64,000 nt of DNA from Alphaproteobacteria bacterium GM7ARS4 (GTDB lineage Bacteria; Pseudomonadota; Alphaproteobacteria; GM7ARS4). The stretch is from contig JACONL010000002.1 of assembly GCA_014332745.1 (NCBI GenBank), forward strand, positions 18,371 through 82,370, in the 5' to 3' direction. A program made the position numbers and the translations under genes. Of the stretch, positions 20,131 through 29,395 are shown piece by piece (within the stretch, counting starts at the first letter, position 1; each line of letters begins with the position of its first letter). Under the pieces are notes generated by a model. The model saw only the letters and a list, made by a program, of their open reading frames with translations, did not search any database and was not told the DNA's origin.

Positions 20131-20218
20131 GAGGTCTCATGAGTGTACTATGGGGGGTGTACTCTGGGGGGGTACTCTCAGGGGATATACGCTCAGGGGA
20201 GGCTCTGCATGAGACCTC
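20131..20218. repeat. 11 bp inverted repeat (GAGGTCTCATG/CATGAGACCTC) enclosing about 15 nt tandem repeats with four G-tracts; hairpin/G-quadruplex-prone element in convergent intergenic region
   Basis: Direct reading of 20131-20218; G runs at 20152-57, 20166-72, 20181-84, 20196-99, more G-tracts to 20245. Confidence 0.5.
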
Positions 20219-20289
20219 GTGAAGGGGGGCTGGTGTGGGGGCGAGGGAGGCGATGTCCCCGTCTCACGCTTTCCGTGTGTCTTCTCGTG

Positions 20290-20682
20290 TCATCCTCGAA
20301 GGACGATGTCGGCTATGAACGCCATCAAGAGCGCCATAAAGCACAGAGTCAATATAAGAATCCCCGCCGCCGCCATGTCTTTAATATCCCGTATATCCTT
20401 GTGATAGGTGGGATGAACGAGATCGCATAGGCGCTCGATGGCGCTGTTGAAGCACTCAGTGACAAGCATCAGCACCGACACACCGAGCAAGGCATAGGAA
20501 AGTGTCATGGTGGGCGCTGGAGCCAAGAAAGACAGCACACTCACAAAAATAAGGGCAAGCTCTTTACGGGCAGAGGACTCCTTTTGTAGCAAGCAGAGCA
20601 GTCCCCTGAGGCTGACATAGGTGGCGTCCATCAGCCCCTTGTTCTTGGGGGGATGGCGCTGTTGTTGTGTGCTGTCCGTCAT
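20290..20682 (-). CDS. dgkA: diacylglycerol kinase
   Basis: 130 aa, TECFNSAIERLCD and KDMAAAGILI motifs. Confidence 0.85.
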   Translation of the reverse strand: MTDSTQQQRHPPKNKGLMDATYVSLRGLLCLLQKESSARKELALIFVSVLSFLAPAPTMTLSYALLGVSVLMLVTECFNSAIERLCDLVHPTYHKDIRDIKDMAAAGILILTLCFMALLMAFIADIVLRG

Positions 20683-20739
20683 ATTTTATCGTCTCTGTCT
20701 CTTGGGATATGTTTGGCGGCGAGATACGGGTGAGGCGTA

Positions 20740-22146
20740 TCATCCCATAGATTTTATGATGGCTTCGACCATTTTTTTCGCATCGCCAAATAACATCAAG
20801 GTATTGTCGCGAAAAAAGAGTTCATTCTCTATGCCCGCATATCCCGCCCCTAGGGAACGTTTGCTGAACAAGACCGTTGTCGCTTTCTCAACATTGAGGA
20901 TGGGCATACCATAGATGGGGCTTGTGGGGTCATTTTTTGCGGCGGGATTGGTGATGTCATTAGCACCGATGACAAAGGCGACATCGCTGTTGGCGAAATC
21001 GTTATTGATGTCATCCAATTCGAAGACATCCTCGTAAGAGACATTGGCTTCGGCAAGCAAGACATTCATGTGTCCGGGCATGCGTCCAGCGACAGGGTGA
21101 ATGGCATAACGCACAGAGATGCCACTCTTTGTGAGAATCTGTGCCATCTCGTGCAGAGCATGTTGGGCTTGGGCCACCGCCATGCCATAGCCGGGGACAA
21201 TCAAGACACGCGATGCGTTTTGCATAATGAAGGCAGCATCGTCGGCACTCCCAGCTTTGACATTGCCTTGGCCTTGTGGTTGAGTCGCGCCTGCCTGTGC
21301 TTCATCATCTCCCTGTCCAAATCCTCCTAAGATGACACTGATAAAAGAGCGGTTCATGCCTTTACACATGATATAGCTGAGAATGGCGCCAGACGAGCCA
21401 ACGAGAGAGCCGACGATAATCAATAAATGATTGTTCAATGTCAGACCGATACCCGCCGCAGCCCAGCCAGAATAAGAATTAAGCATAGAGACAACAACGG
21501 GCATGTCAGCACCCCCAATGGGGATAATGAGTGTGACGCCTAAGATAAAGGCGAGGATGGTGGCCGCCCAGAAGGCTTGAGGTGAAAAAGAGTCGGCAAA
21601 GACAAAGAGGAGAGCCAGCAAGCCAAGACCCACGCATAAATTGATAACATGTTGTCCTCTAAAGGTGAAGGGTGAGCCACCCACCAACCCTTGCAACTTG
21701 GCAAAGGCAACGATAGAGCCTGTGAATGTCATAGCGCCAATGATACTGCCTAACCCCATCTCGATGAGGTTGGCAAAGGGAGGTTGACCGCTTCCTGACC
21801 CCTCTCCTATCCCGTAGAGGTGGGGCGCATACATGGCCGTCGATGCGACCAGAACAGCAGCCAGCCCAACAAGGCTGTGAAATGCCGCCACCAGTTGGGG
21901 AAGGGCTGTCATAGGAATACGAAGAGCGATGAATGTGCCGACACAAGCACCCAGCCCTATGGCGAGCATGATAGGTACGTATGACACAACATGGGGGAGG
22001 GATAATGTCGCACCAACAGCTAACGCCATCCCAAAGAGTCCCGCCGCTAAGCCTTTGCGCGCTGTTGTCGGGTGGGCAAGACCCCTCAAGGCATAGATGA
22101 AGCACAGGGCAGAGAGTAAATAGGAAAAAGCAACGTATGGCATCAC
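20740..22146 (-). CDS. pntB: NAD(P) transhydrogenase subunit beta
   Basis: 468 aa; membrane N-half, C-terminal NADP(H) domain VLIVPGYGMAVAQAQH...HPVAGRMPGHMNVLLAEA. Confidence 0.92.
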   Translation of the reverse strand: MMPYVAFSYLLSALCFIYALRGLAHPTTARKGLAAGLFGMALAVGATLSLPHVVSYVPIMLAIGLGACVGTFIALRIPMTALPQLVAAFHSLVGLAAVLVASTAMYAPHLYGIGEGSGSGQPPFANLIEMGLGSIIGAMTFTGSIVAFAKLQGLVGGSPFTFRGQHVINLCVGLGLLALLFVFADSFSPQAFWAATILAFILGVTLIIPIGGADMPVVVSMLNSYSGWAAAGIGLTLNNHLLIIVGSLVGSSGAILSYIMCKGMNRSFISVILGGFGQGDDEAQAGATQPQGQGNVKAGSADDAAFIMQNASRVLIVPGYGMAVAQAQHALHEMAQILTKSGISVRYAIHPVAGRMPGHMNVLLAEANVSYEDVFELDDINNDFANSDVAFVIGANDITNPAAKNDPTSPIYGMPILNVEKATTVLFSKRSLGAGYAGIENELFFRDNTLMLFGDAKKMVEAIIKSMG

Positions 22147-22183
22147 GTTATCATGCGTGTCTTGTATGTTTCTCGGAGGGGGT

Positions 22184-22612
22184 TCATTGGCTTTTTCGGG
22201 GCTTTTTCGGTGTGGCTTTCTGTCTAAACATAGAGAGCATACGCCATGTCACAATGAATCCTCCGAAGATATTGACGGACGACAAAAAAATCGCCACAAG
22301 CCCCAAGAGGGAGACAATTGTCTCGCGATGTGTCGCATGCTCAAGGGGTGCTGTCATGTCAAAGGCGCCAGCAGCGAGGAGAGCGCCTACGATAATGACG
22401 CTCGAGATGGCGTTCGTGATCCCCATTAAAGGCGAGTGTAACGCTGGCGTGACACCCCAAATCACGTAGTAGCCTACAATGACGGAGAGGATAAAAATCG
22501 TTAAGGCGTCGCTCAGCGGGGTGGCATAGACGAGGCTTGGCGTGGTTGTCATAGGTGTCATAGGCGTGTCACTCCTTGGCGGTGATAAGGGTTGCGCTGA
22601 CGATGGCGTCAT
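22184..22612 (-). CDS. pntA: NAD(P) transhydrogenase subunit alpha part 2 (membrane)
   Basis: Small 3-TM protein between pntA-dI and pntB; real start probably internal (about 22500). Confidence 0.8.
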   Translation of the reverse strand: MTPSSAQPLSPPRSDTPMTPMTTTPSLVYATPLSDALTIFILSVIVGYYVIWGVTPALHSPLMGITNAISSVIIVGALLAAGAFDMTAPLEHATHRETIVSLLGLVAIFLSSVNIFGGFIVTWRMLSMFRQKATPKKPRKSQ

Positions 22613-23756
22613 CTCGGCACAGCATGGCGTCCATTGTCTCTTTTGTCAGAGGTGATGACGAGGATGTGTGTGCAAACATGCATGCGACAAAGTCGGTGAT
22701 ATTGCGCGAGAAAAGGCGTGAGGCATCATAGGCCCAGCAGGAGGCAAGGTTGCTCTGTCCCATGATGGTCACCCCATGGGCTTTTGTCGTGAGATAGGGT
22801 TTTGTGAGGGCGCAATTGCCTCCCGCATCAGCCGCCATGTCGATGATGATAGAGCCTGATTTCATGGTTTTGACCATATCATCTGTGATGATGGTGGGCG
22901 CGGGCTTGTCTGGTATCAAGGCTGTCGTGATGACAATATCCTGTTGTGGCAAGACGTCTTTGAGCAATGCTTGTTGTTTTTTTTGGTAATCTTTCGTCAT
23001 TTCCTGAGCGTATCCGCCAGTGGTTTCTCCTTGCTGTGCGTCCTGTTCTAATCCTTGCGGTTCGAGGAATGTCCCGCCGACGCTCTCTACTTGTCTTTTG
23101 ACGGTAGGACGGACATCCATAGCGCTCACGATACTGCCTAAACGTTTCGCTGTGGCGATGGCTTGTAGGCCAGCGACGCCAGCCCCAATGATAAGACAGC
23201 GGGCTGGCGCGATCGAGCCTGCCGCCGTCATCATCATGGGCATCATGCTCGAGAGATGGTAGGCGGCGAAAATCACCGCGCCATAACCCGCAATGTTACT
23301 TTGTGACGACAGGACATCCATGCTCTGAGCGCGTGTGATACGGGGAACACGCTCCAACGCAAAGGCGGACATGGCGTGACGCGCGCAAAAATCAAGAGCC
23401 TTTGACCTGTGGGGTTGAAATAACGCGCACAGATAAGCGCCTTTGGCTGGTGGCGGTGTCTCGCCATGCTCTTCTAAGGCGCTGAAGGGGGCGCGCACGC
23501 CTATGATCATATCAGCTTGCTCATAGCCCTCATGTCCCGCCTTGACGATGGTCGCTCCCTTCTCCTTATAGGCGTCATCGCCATAGCCCGCTGACGCACC
23601 AGCGCCTCCCGCCACATGCACAGCCCACCCCATGGCTGTTAGTCTGGGGACATGGTCGGGGACAAGAGCAACGCGCGCCTCATGGGCTGCCGTCTCCTTA
23701 GGAACAAACAAGAAAGGCTGAGACGTCATATCTTCATCGTCATCATTGATACCCAT
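22569..23756 (-). CDS. pntA: NAD(P) transhydrogenase subunit alpha part 1 (dI, NAD(H)-binding)
   Basis: ALVPDHVPRL, IIGAGVAGLQAIATAKRLG Rossmann, alanine-dehydrogenase-like fold. Confidence 0.9.
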   Translation of the reverse strand: MGINDDDEDMTSQPFLFVPKETAAHEARVALVPDHVPRLTAMGWAVHVAGGAGASAGYGDDAYKEKGATIVKAGHEGYEQADMIIGVRAPFSALEEHGETPPPAKGAYLCALFQPHRSKALDFCARHAMSAFALERVPRITRAQSMDVLSSQSNIAGYGAVIFAAYHLSSMMPMMMTAAGSIAPARCLIIGAGVAGLQAIATAKRLGSIVSAMDVRPTVKRQVESVGGTFLEPQGLEQDAQQGETTGGYAQEMTKDYQKKQQALLKDVLPQQDIVITTALIPDKPAPTIITDDMVKTMKSGSIIIDMAADAGGNCALTKPYLTTKAHGVTIMGQSNLASCWAYDASRLFSRNITDFVACMFAHTSSSSPLTKETMDAMLCRDDAIVSATLITAKE

Positions 23757-23790
23757 ACGCGAGTGACAGAGTGTGTCTCTCCATTATTTA

Positions 23791-24246
23791 TCACCTTTGT
23801 CCTCTCCCGTGCAAGAAGGAACAGCTGATGACATGGTTTGTCAAGGTGGCTTGTTCGTAGCATGGATAGATAAGCGCATAATACACGCTTGCTATGAAAA
23901 ACGCGCACGCAATAAGTAACGCCATCGCCACAGGAATTATGGCGGGTTTCCTTTGTCTCTTTTGTGCTTGACGATACTGAGAGAGAGGCCCTTGTGCGGG
24001 ACGATTGCGGGCATGGTCGGTATCCTCTTTGTCACCATCTCTTTTCATGCCAAGAGGGACGAGGGACGCGCTCTCTGGCAGGGGCTTTGCTCCTTGCTGT
24101 GCGTCGGGGTCTGGTGATGCCGTCACCGCCGGGTAGATCGTCATGACATATCCGCAATGGCTACAACGGGCGAGGCGGCCTTTTTTGGGGATAAGGTAAC
24201 TCAATACAGAGTATTGCGTCCCACAAGAAGGACAACAAACAATCAT
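23791..24246 (-). CDS. MJ0042-type zinc-ribbon domain membrane protein
   Basis: MIVCCPSCGTQYSV...CSHCGYVM double CxxC ribbon, one TM helix near C-terminus; heads the pnt operon. Confidence 0.6.
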   Translation of the reverse strand: MIVCCPSCGTQYSVLSYLIPKKGRLARCSHCGYVMTIYPAVTASPDPDAQQGAKPLPESASLVPLGMKRDGDKEDTDHARNRPAQGPLSQYRQAQKRQRKPAIIPVAMALLIACAFFIASVYYALIYPCYEQATLTNHVISCSFLHGRGQR

Positions 24247-24452
24247 GTTATACTCTTATGGCTCTGAGGTTATGTGTGCCTATCTTTGAGGCTCATTGTA
24301 GCAGTTTTTGCCGACATAGAGCCGTTCTGGGAGCCGTTCTGGCTCGTTGCTCTGGTCGTTGCAGACGCTGGGAACGGCAGGTTGCTCGGTGAAAGTGCTG
24401 TTGCGCCCTTATCATCGAGCGATGTTGGGCTGGTGTATGGTTGAGGGGCTGA

Positions 24453-25595
24453 CTATTCGTCATCTCTTCGTATGCCGATGGTGTATTTCATGGCGAGCCA
24501 GATGACGGATGAGCATACAACGGTGAAAGCGCCAACGCAGAGGATACCGATAATTTGTGCGGCGATTGTGGCTGTGGGGTGCGACAAGCATACGGCGAGC
24601 GTGCCAAAGATTCCTGCGAAGAGGTGAACGGGTATGGCGCCGACGACGTCGTCGATGGCGCATGTGCGCAAGACATGGCCGCCCATCATGGCAACGAGTC
24701 CCCCCATGGCGCCGACGATGAATGCTATGGGCATCGAGTCGATGGGATAGGCGGTGATGGCGACGAGTCCGCCGAGGGCGCCGTCGATGAGGGCCGTGTA
24801 TCCTTTTGCTCCTGTGGACGTTTGGACGCTGAGTTGTAGGTCATTATATCGTATGGCGAGTACGGTGATGACAGCAGTGACTCCTGCCGTTGCTGCGATG
24901 ATCGTATTGGCATAGATTGTGGCGATGGTAATGGCATCTTCTGTCGTTGAGAGTGTTATTTGTGAGCCACCGTTGAATCCGAGCCAGCCGAAACATAGGA
25001 TGAGCGTTCCGAGTGTTGCGAGTGGTTTACTGGCGATGATGAATTCTTGTTTTCCGAATCCTTTTCTTGGTCCGAGGATGATAGCCCCTGTGAGCGCTGC
25101 CCATCCGCCGACGGAGTGTACGACTGTAGAGCCTGCGAAATCGACGAATCCGATGTCATTGAGGAATCCGCCTCCCCATGACCATGACCCTTGTATTGGG
25201 TATATGATCGCCGCGAGGAACGTTGTGAAGATGAGGAATGGGAGGAGGCGCATGCGTTCTGCCACGGCGCCAGAGACGATCGATGCTGTTGTCGCGACAA
25301 AAACCATTTGAAAGAACCAGTATGCGTGGTCTGCGTATCCTTGCTGTATTTGCGTGTTGATGTCGCTAGGCTGCCAGACGCTGATCTCTTGGTGGAACAT
25401 GATGTTGTATCCTGCGAAGAGGAAAGCGATGGCGCTGATAGCAAAGAGCGCGAGGTTTTTTGTGCACTGCATGGACATGTTTGGCCTGCGTACGAGTCCC
25501 GCTTCGAGCATCGTGAACCCTGCTGCCATGAACATGACGAGCGCGCCGTGGAAGAGGAGATTAATGGAATTGAGGATAAATAATGAATCTTGCAT
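24453..25595 (-). CDS. amt: ammonium transporter (Amt family)
   Basis: 380 aa, about 11 TM, FAISAIAFLFAGYNIMF, DFAGSTVVHSVGGWAAL motifs. Confidence 0.9.
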   Translation of the reverse strand: MQDSLFILNSINLLFHGALVMFMAAGFTMLEAGLVRRPNMSMQCTKNLALFAISAIAFLFAGYNIMFHQEISVWQPSDINTQIQQGYADHAYWFFQMVFVATTASIVSGAVAERMRLLPFLIFTTFLAAIIYPIQGSWSWGGGFLNDIGFVDFAGSTVVHSVGGWAALTGAIILGPRKGFGKQEFIIASKPLATLGTLILCFGWLGFNGGSQITLSTTEDAITIATIYANTIIAATAGVTAVITVLAIRYNDLQLSVQTSTGAKGYTALIDGALGGLVAITAYPIDSMPIAFIVGAMGGLVAMMGGHVLRTCAIDDVVGAIPVHLFAGIFGTLAVCLSHPTATIAAQIIGILCVGAFTVVCSSVIWLAMKYTIGIRRDDE

Positions 25596-25796
25596 GGTGT
25601 TTTTGTGTGTGTTTAAGGACCATAGTCAGGTTTTATCGTCTGTTGGTTGATTGTCAAGTGTTCGCTCTCTGTTTGGGCTGTTTTTTTCTGTGAGATAAAA
25701 TATCTTGTATCTTTGTGTGTCGGAAGAGCAAGATATGTATACTCTTTATGGTCACATCCTGGCCACTTAACCATCGTTCTATGCCTGTGATACCCT

Positions 25797-26483
25797 ATGA
25801 TACGTTTTGACAATGTCAGTTTTTTTTACACGCCAGATCATCTCATCTTGCGTCAGCTGACGTTTGAATTAGGCGTTGGGACGTTTCACTTCTTAACGGG
25901 TGCGAGTGGGGCGGGGAAGTCGTCTCTTTTGCGCATGATTTATATGGCGTCCATGCCAAAGCGAGGGCGTCTCACCGTTTTTAATCGTTATGTTTCTCGT
26001 CTGAAACGCCATGAGAAGACAGCCTTGCGTCGGCGTATTGGCGTTGTCTTTCAGGACTTTAGACTCTTATCCCATCTCACGGTGTTACAGAATGCGGCAC
26101 TTCCCCTCCTTGTGTCGTCGCGTAGCGAGCATGAGGCGTTCGCCCAAGCCAAAGAAATTCTCGATTGGGTCGGGCTCAGCGCGTATTTCGATGCCTATCC
26201 TCAAACATTATCTGGCGGGCAACAGCAACGTATCGCCATTGTCCGTGCTATCGTCAACAAACCCGACCTCTTGGTTGCTGACGAGCCCACAGGCAGTGTG
26301 GACGAGCAAAGCGCCCATCGTTTCTTTCGCTTGTTCGAAGAACTCCATAAACTGGGGAGCACCGTCATCGTGGCAACGCACAATCCTTCTCTCCTGACGC
26401 GCTATCAACATCCCTCCCTCCATATAGAGAGGGGGCGTGTGACGATGCGCGACCATAACGCCCGCACCACGTCCGTGCTTTGA
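25797..26483 (+). CDS. ftsE: cell division ATP-binding protein FtsE
   Basis: Walker A GASGAGKSSLLR, ABC signature LSGGQQQRIAIVRAIV, Walker B LLVADEPTG. Confidence 0.92.
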   Translation: MIRFDNVSFFYTPDHLILRQLTFELGVGTFHFLTGASGAGKSSLLRMIYMASMPKRGRLTVFNRYVSRLKRHEKTALRRRIGVVFQDFRLLSHLTVLQNAALPLLVSSRSEHEAFAQAKEILDWVGLSAYFDAYPQTLSGGQQQRIAIVRAIVNKPDLLVADEPTGSVDEQSAHRFFRLFEELHKLGSTVIVATHNPSLLTRYQHPSLHIERGRVTMRDHNARTTSVL

Positions 26484-26496
26484 GCGCCCATAACGC

Positions 26497-27405
26497 ATGT
26501 TTTCCTCACCCCTCCCCGATAAGAGCGATGCCTCCCTCCAATTGATGCAATGGATGATTGCCGCCATTGTCTACGCCGCCTCTATCCTTGTGGCACTCGT
26601 TCTCGTGGTGTCCCATGTCGTCGAACACTGGCGAGGACAACTGGGCGGGCATATCACCATCCAAGTCATCCCCAAAGAGAACGCACACGACCGTGAGTCC
26701 ATTGAACGTCTACAGACGGTGATTCGTCAATTCGAAGGCGTCGACAACGTCTCCCTTGTCCCGCAAGAAGAGCTCGACGCCATGTTGGCGCCATGGCTCA
26801 ACGCAAGAGACACGACAGAGGACAAGCATACCCTGCCATGGCACACGACATCCGTCATCACCATTCCCCTTGTCATCCACGTGCAAAAAGAGAAGGACAT
26901 GCTTGTCGATTTAGCGCGTCTGCAAGAGACTATCGAGACATTCGCGACCCATGTGTCTGTGGACGACCACAACACATGGTTTGCCGAGAATTTTGCGTTC
27001 ATCACCCAACTACAGCTGGTGGCCTTTGGCATTATCGGCTTACTTATTTGCGTGGCGATGGTCGTTGTGACCTTTATGGCGCGTATTGGTGTGTCTCTTC
27101 ATTATGGGACGATCGAGATATTATGTCTTATCGGGGCGAGAGACCATTTTATCAGTCGTATCATTGCCAGACGCTTTGGCATTGTCTCTCTTCAAGGGGG
27201 CGCTTTTGGGAGTGTGTTTGCCGTGATCACGCTTGTGTTATTAGGGACGGCCCATGCTCAAGGGGCGTTTTGGTTTCAGGATATGAGCCTATGGGAAAAA
27301 CAGCTCTTATGGGGCGGTCTCTCCATCCTCCCATTTCTTTTTGCGAGTGTTGTCGTCATGGTGACGTGGATGACGACATGGCGCGCCCTGATACGCATGC
27401 TATGA
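26497..27405 (+). CDS. ftsX: cell division permease FtsX
   Basis: 302 aa, N-terminal TM, periplasmic domain, 3 C-terminal TM; directly after ftsE. Confidence 0.88.
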   Translation: MFSSPLPDKSDASLQLMQWMIAAIVYAASILVALVLVVSHVVEHWRGQLGGHITIQVIPKENAHDRESIERLQTVIRQFEGVDNVSLVPQEELDAMLAPWLNARDTTEDKHTLPWHTTSVITIPLVIHVQKEKDMLVDLARLQETIETFATHVSVDDHNTWFAENFAFITQLQLVAFGIIGLLICVAMVVVTFMARIGVSLHYGTIEILCLIGARDHFISRIIARRFGIVSLQGGAFGSVFAVITLVLLGTAHAQGAFWFQDMSLWEKQLLWGGLSILPFLFASVVVMVTWMTTWRALIRML

Positions 27406-27433
27406 TACCTGCCTTGACAAAGAGAACAAGAAG

Positions 27434-28186
27434 ATGAAGGGAAGAACGATGTCCATGTCATATCAGCTGGTCGCCTTTTTACGGACATGCATTTTTTGCG
27501 CCCTTGCCTATGGGATTGTCTCGCCCTTTCTTTTTCTCGGTTTTAGTTGGGTCATGCTGCTCAGTCGGACGATGGCGTTTCGCTATGCCTGTTGCTGGTC
27601 GACGTCGATGTTATGGCTGGCGCGCTGGTGTGTGGGTGTGCGTCATCAGATTATCGGGCTGGAGCATCTGCCAAAATCTGGCGCGCTTCTTGCTGTAAGA
27701 CATCAATCCATATGGGAGACATTGATATTTCAATGTTTTCTGAAAGCAGGTGTCTTCGCCTATATTGCCAAAGAGGAATTGATGCGTATTCCGTTTTATG
27801 GCTGGATGTTGAGGTTATCAGAGATGATTCCATTGGCGCGCACGGGCGGACAAGCTGTCGTGGAGGGGTTGATAAAGAACGTAGCAGAGGCGCAAACGAA
27901 GGGCATGCGCTATTTCATCCTGTTCCCTGAAGGCACACGCCGCCCCTATGGTTTTCCCTTGCGGATTCTCCCGGGCATTGTGTTCCTTTATCAAGCCTTT
28001 GATATGGATGTTGTGCCTATTGTTCTGGACTCTGGACGTCTATGGAGTCGCGACCGATTCACCATGTACCCGGGCGTCATCACGTTGCGTATGCTTCCCC
28101 CCATTCCTCCCCGTCTTCCCCGCGCTGTCTTCTATCGGCGTCTGAAGGACGCTCTCTCGACATCTCCCACAGACGATGACGCTTAG
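27434..28186 (+). CDS. lysophospholipid (1-acyl-sn-glycerol-3-phosphate) acyltransferase family protein
   Basis: RHQSIWETL (HX4D-type motif with E) and FPEGTRRPYG motifs. Confidence 0.7.
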   Translation: MKGRTMSMSYQLVAFLRTCIFCALAYGIVSPFLFLGFSWVMLLSRTMAFRYACCWSTSMLWLARWCVGVRHQIIGLEHLPKSGALLAVRHQSIWETLIFQCFLKAGVFAYIAKEELMRIPFYGWMLRLSEMIPLARTGGQAVVEGLIKNVAEAQTKGMRYFILFPEGTRRPYGFPLRILPGIVFLYQAFDMDVVPIVLDSGRLWSRDRFTMYPGVITLRMLPPIPPRLPRAVFYRRLKDALSTSPTDDDA

Positions 28187-29064
28187 TGCGCGCGTTTTTT
28201 GCGCTCAGCGTCGAAGATTCTGCGTTTGATTTTCTTCATCGCCGCGATTTCAATTTGCCGTACCCTTTCCCGACTAATATGGTGGCGTTGGGCGAGCTCG
28301 TGGAGTGTCGCTGTAGGCTCTGTGAGGTAGCGCGCCGTGATAATATCCTGTTCCCGCCCTTCGAGGGTCGAGAGCGCTTGACGGAGCATGCCTTGTCGTT
28401 TCAAACGTTCATCCTCTTCCATCAGGCACACCTCTTGATTAGGCGTCTCATCTTGGAGCACGTCGATATGGTGGGATGTTTCCTCCTCGAAATTGATGGG
28501 CGTATTGAGGGACATGTCGCCGTAGCTCAGTCGCCTATTCATATCGATGACATCTTCTTCTGGCACATCGAGTTCTTGGGAAATGAGCTGGGCTTGCTTG
28601 TCGGTGAGCTCATGGTTATCGAGGATTCGTAACTTGTTTTTCACGCGCTTCAAGCCAAAGAAGAGCTTTTTACGCGCTGAGGCGCTCCCTGTGCGCACCA
28701 AAGACCACGAATTGAGGACATATTCGGTGATGGACGCCCGTATCCACCATATAGCGTAGGTCGAGAGGCGAAAACCAAGACCAGGATCAAAGCGCTTGAC
28801 GGCACGCATCAAGCCGATATTGCCCTCAGCAATCAAATCAGCATAAGGAAGGCCATAGTTGCGATATTGGCTCGCAACGCCTACGACAAGGCGCAAATGG
28901 GGAACAACCAACGCATGGGCTGCATCCACATTGCGGTCCTCCTGCCAGCGGCGAGAGAGTCCATACTCTTCCTCCTTACTGAGCGTTGGGACTTTATGGA
29001 CAGCGCGGATATAGCTGCTCAAGCCACTCTCTAAATCATAGTTGGTGAGTGAAAGAAATGACAT
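28183..29064 (-). CDS. rpoH: RNA polymerase sigma-32 factor
   Basis: 293 aa; region 2.4/RpoH box QRKLFFNLRK-like (ARKKLFFGLKRVKNKL), region 4 HTH ISRERVRQIE. Confidence 0.9.
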   Translation of the reverse strand: MSFLSLTNYDLESGLSSYIRAVHKVPTLSKEEEYGLSRRWQEDRNVDAAHALVVPHLRLVVGVASQYRNYGLPYADLIAEGNIGLMRAVKRFDPGLGFRLSTYAIWWIRASITEYVLNSWSLVRTGSASARKKLFFGLKRVKNKLRILDNHELTDKQAQLISQELDVPEEDVIDMNRRLSYGDMSLNTPINFEEETSHHIDVLQDETPNQEVCLMEEDERLKRQGMLRQALSTLEGREQDIITARYLTEPTATLHELAQRHHISRERVRQIEIAAMKKIKRRIFDAERKKRAH

Positions 29065-29395
29065 CGATGTCGCTTAACCTCTCTTCGATATGGTTGATGC
29101 GAGGCTTGTGCGCCTCTCACCTTCACTAGGACAGATAGGGCATAAAAGTGAACATAACGTGAACATAAGACATAAAGTAAGTCGGTCGGTCGGTTATGGT
29201 CCTTCTTTCCCTGTCCTGTGTTCATTGTTTCCTATCGTGTGTGCCTATATGTAACGTTCGAGCGTGTTTTTTCTATCGTTTTTTGACAAAATAAGGTTAT
29301 CTTACATGACAAGGTGACAGATAAGACAGAAAGTGATATAGACATGAGGTTAGGCGGGCGGGATAGGCGCATGGTGATAGGGAGAATGATAAAGA

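Noticed and set aside
21659-22105. 148-aa minus-strand ORF
   Set aside because: Alternative frame inside pntB. Cys/Arg-rich and repetitive. Spurious.
24956-25444. 162-aa Ser-rich minus-strand ORF
   Set aside because: Alternative frame inside the amt gene. Spurious.
25596-25796. sigma54 (-24/-12) promoter for amt
   Set aside because: No GG-N10-GC element matching TGGCAC-N5-TTGC on the amt strand. The nearest, TGGCCACTTAACC, faces ftsE and lacks the -12 element.
29065-29395. Small ncRNA (6S/4.5S/tmRNA) in the large rpoH intergenic region
   Set aside because: No conserved 4.5S, 6S or tmRNA sequence motifs recognisable. The region is better explained as a divergent promoter region.
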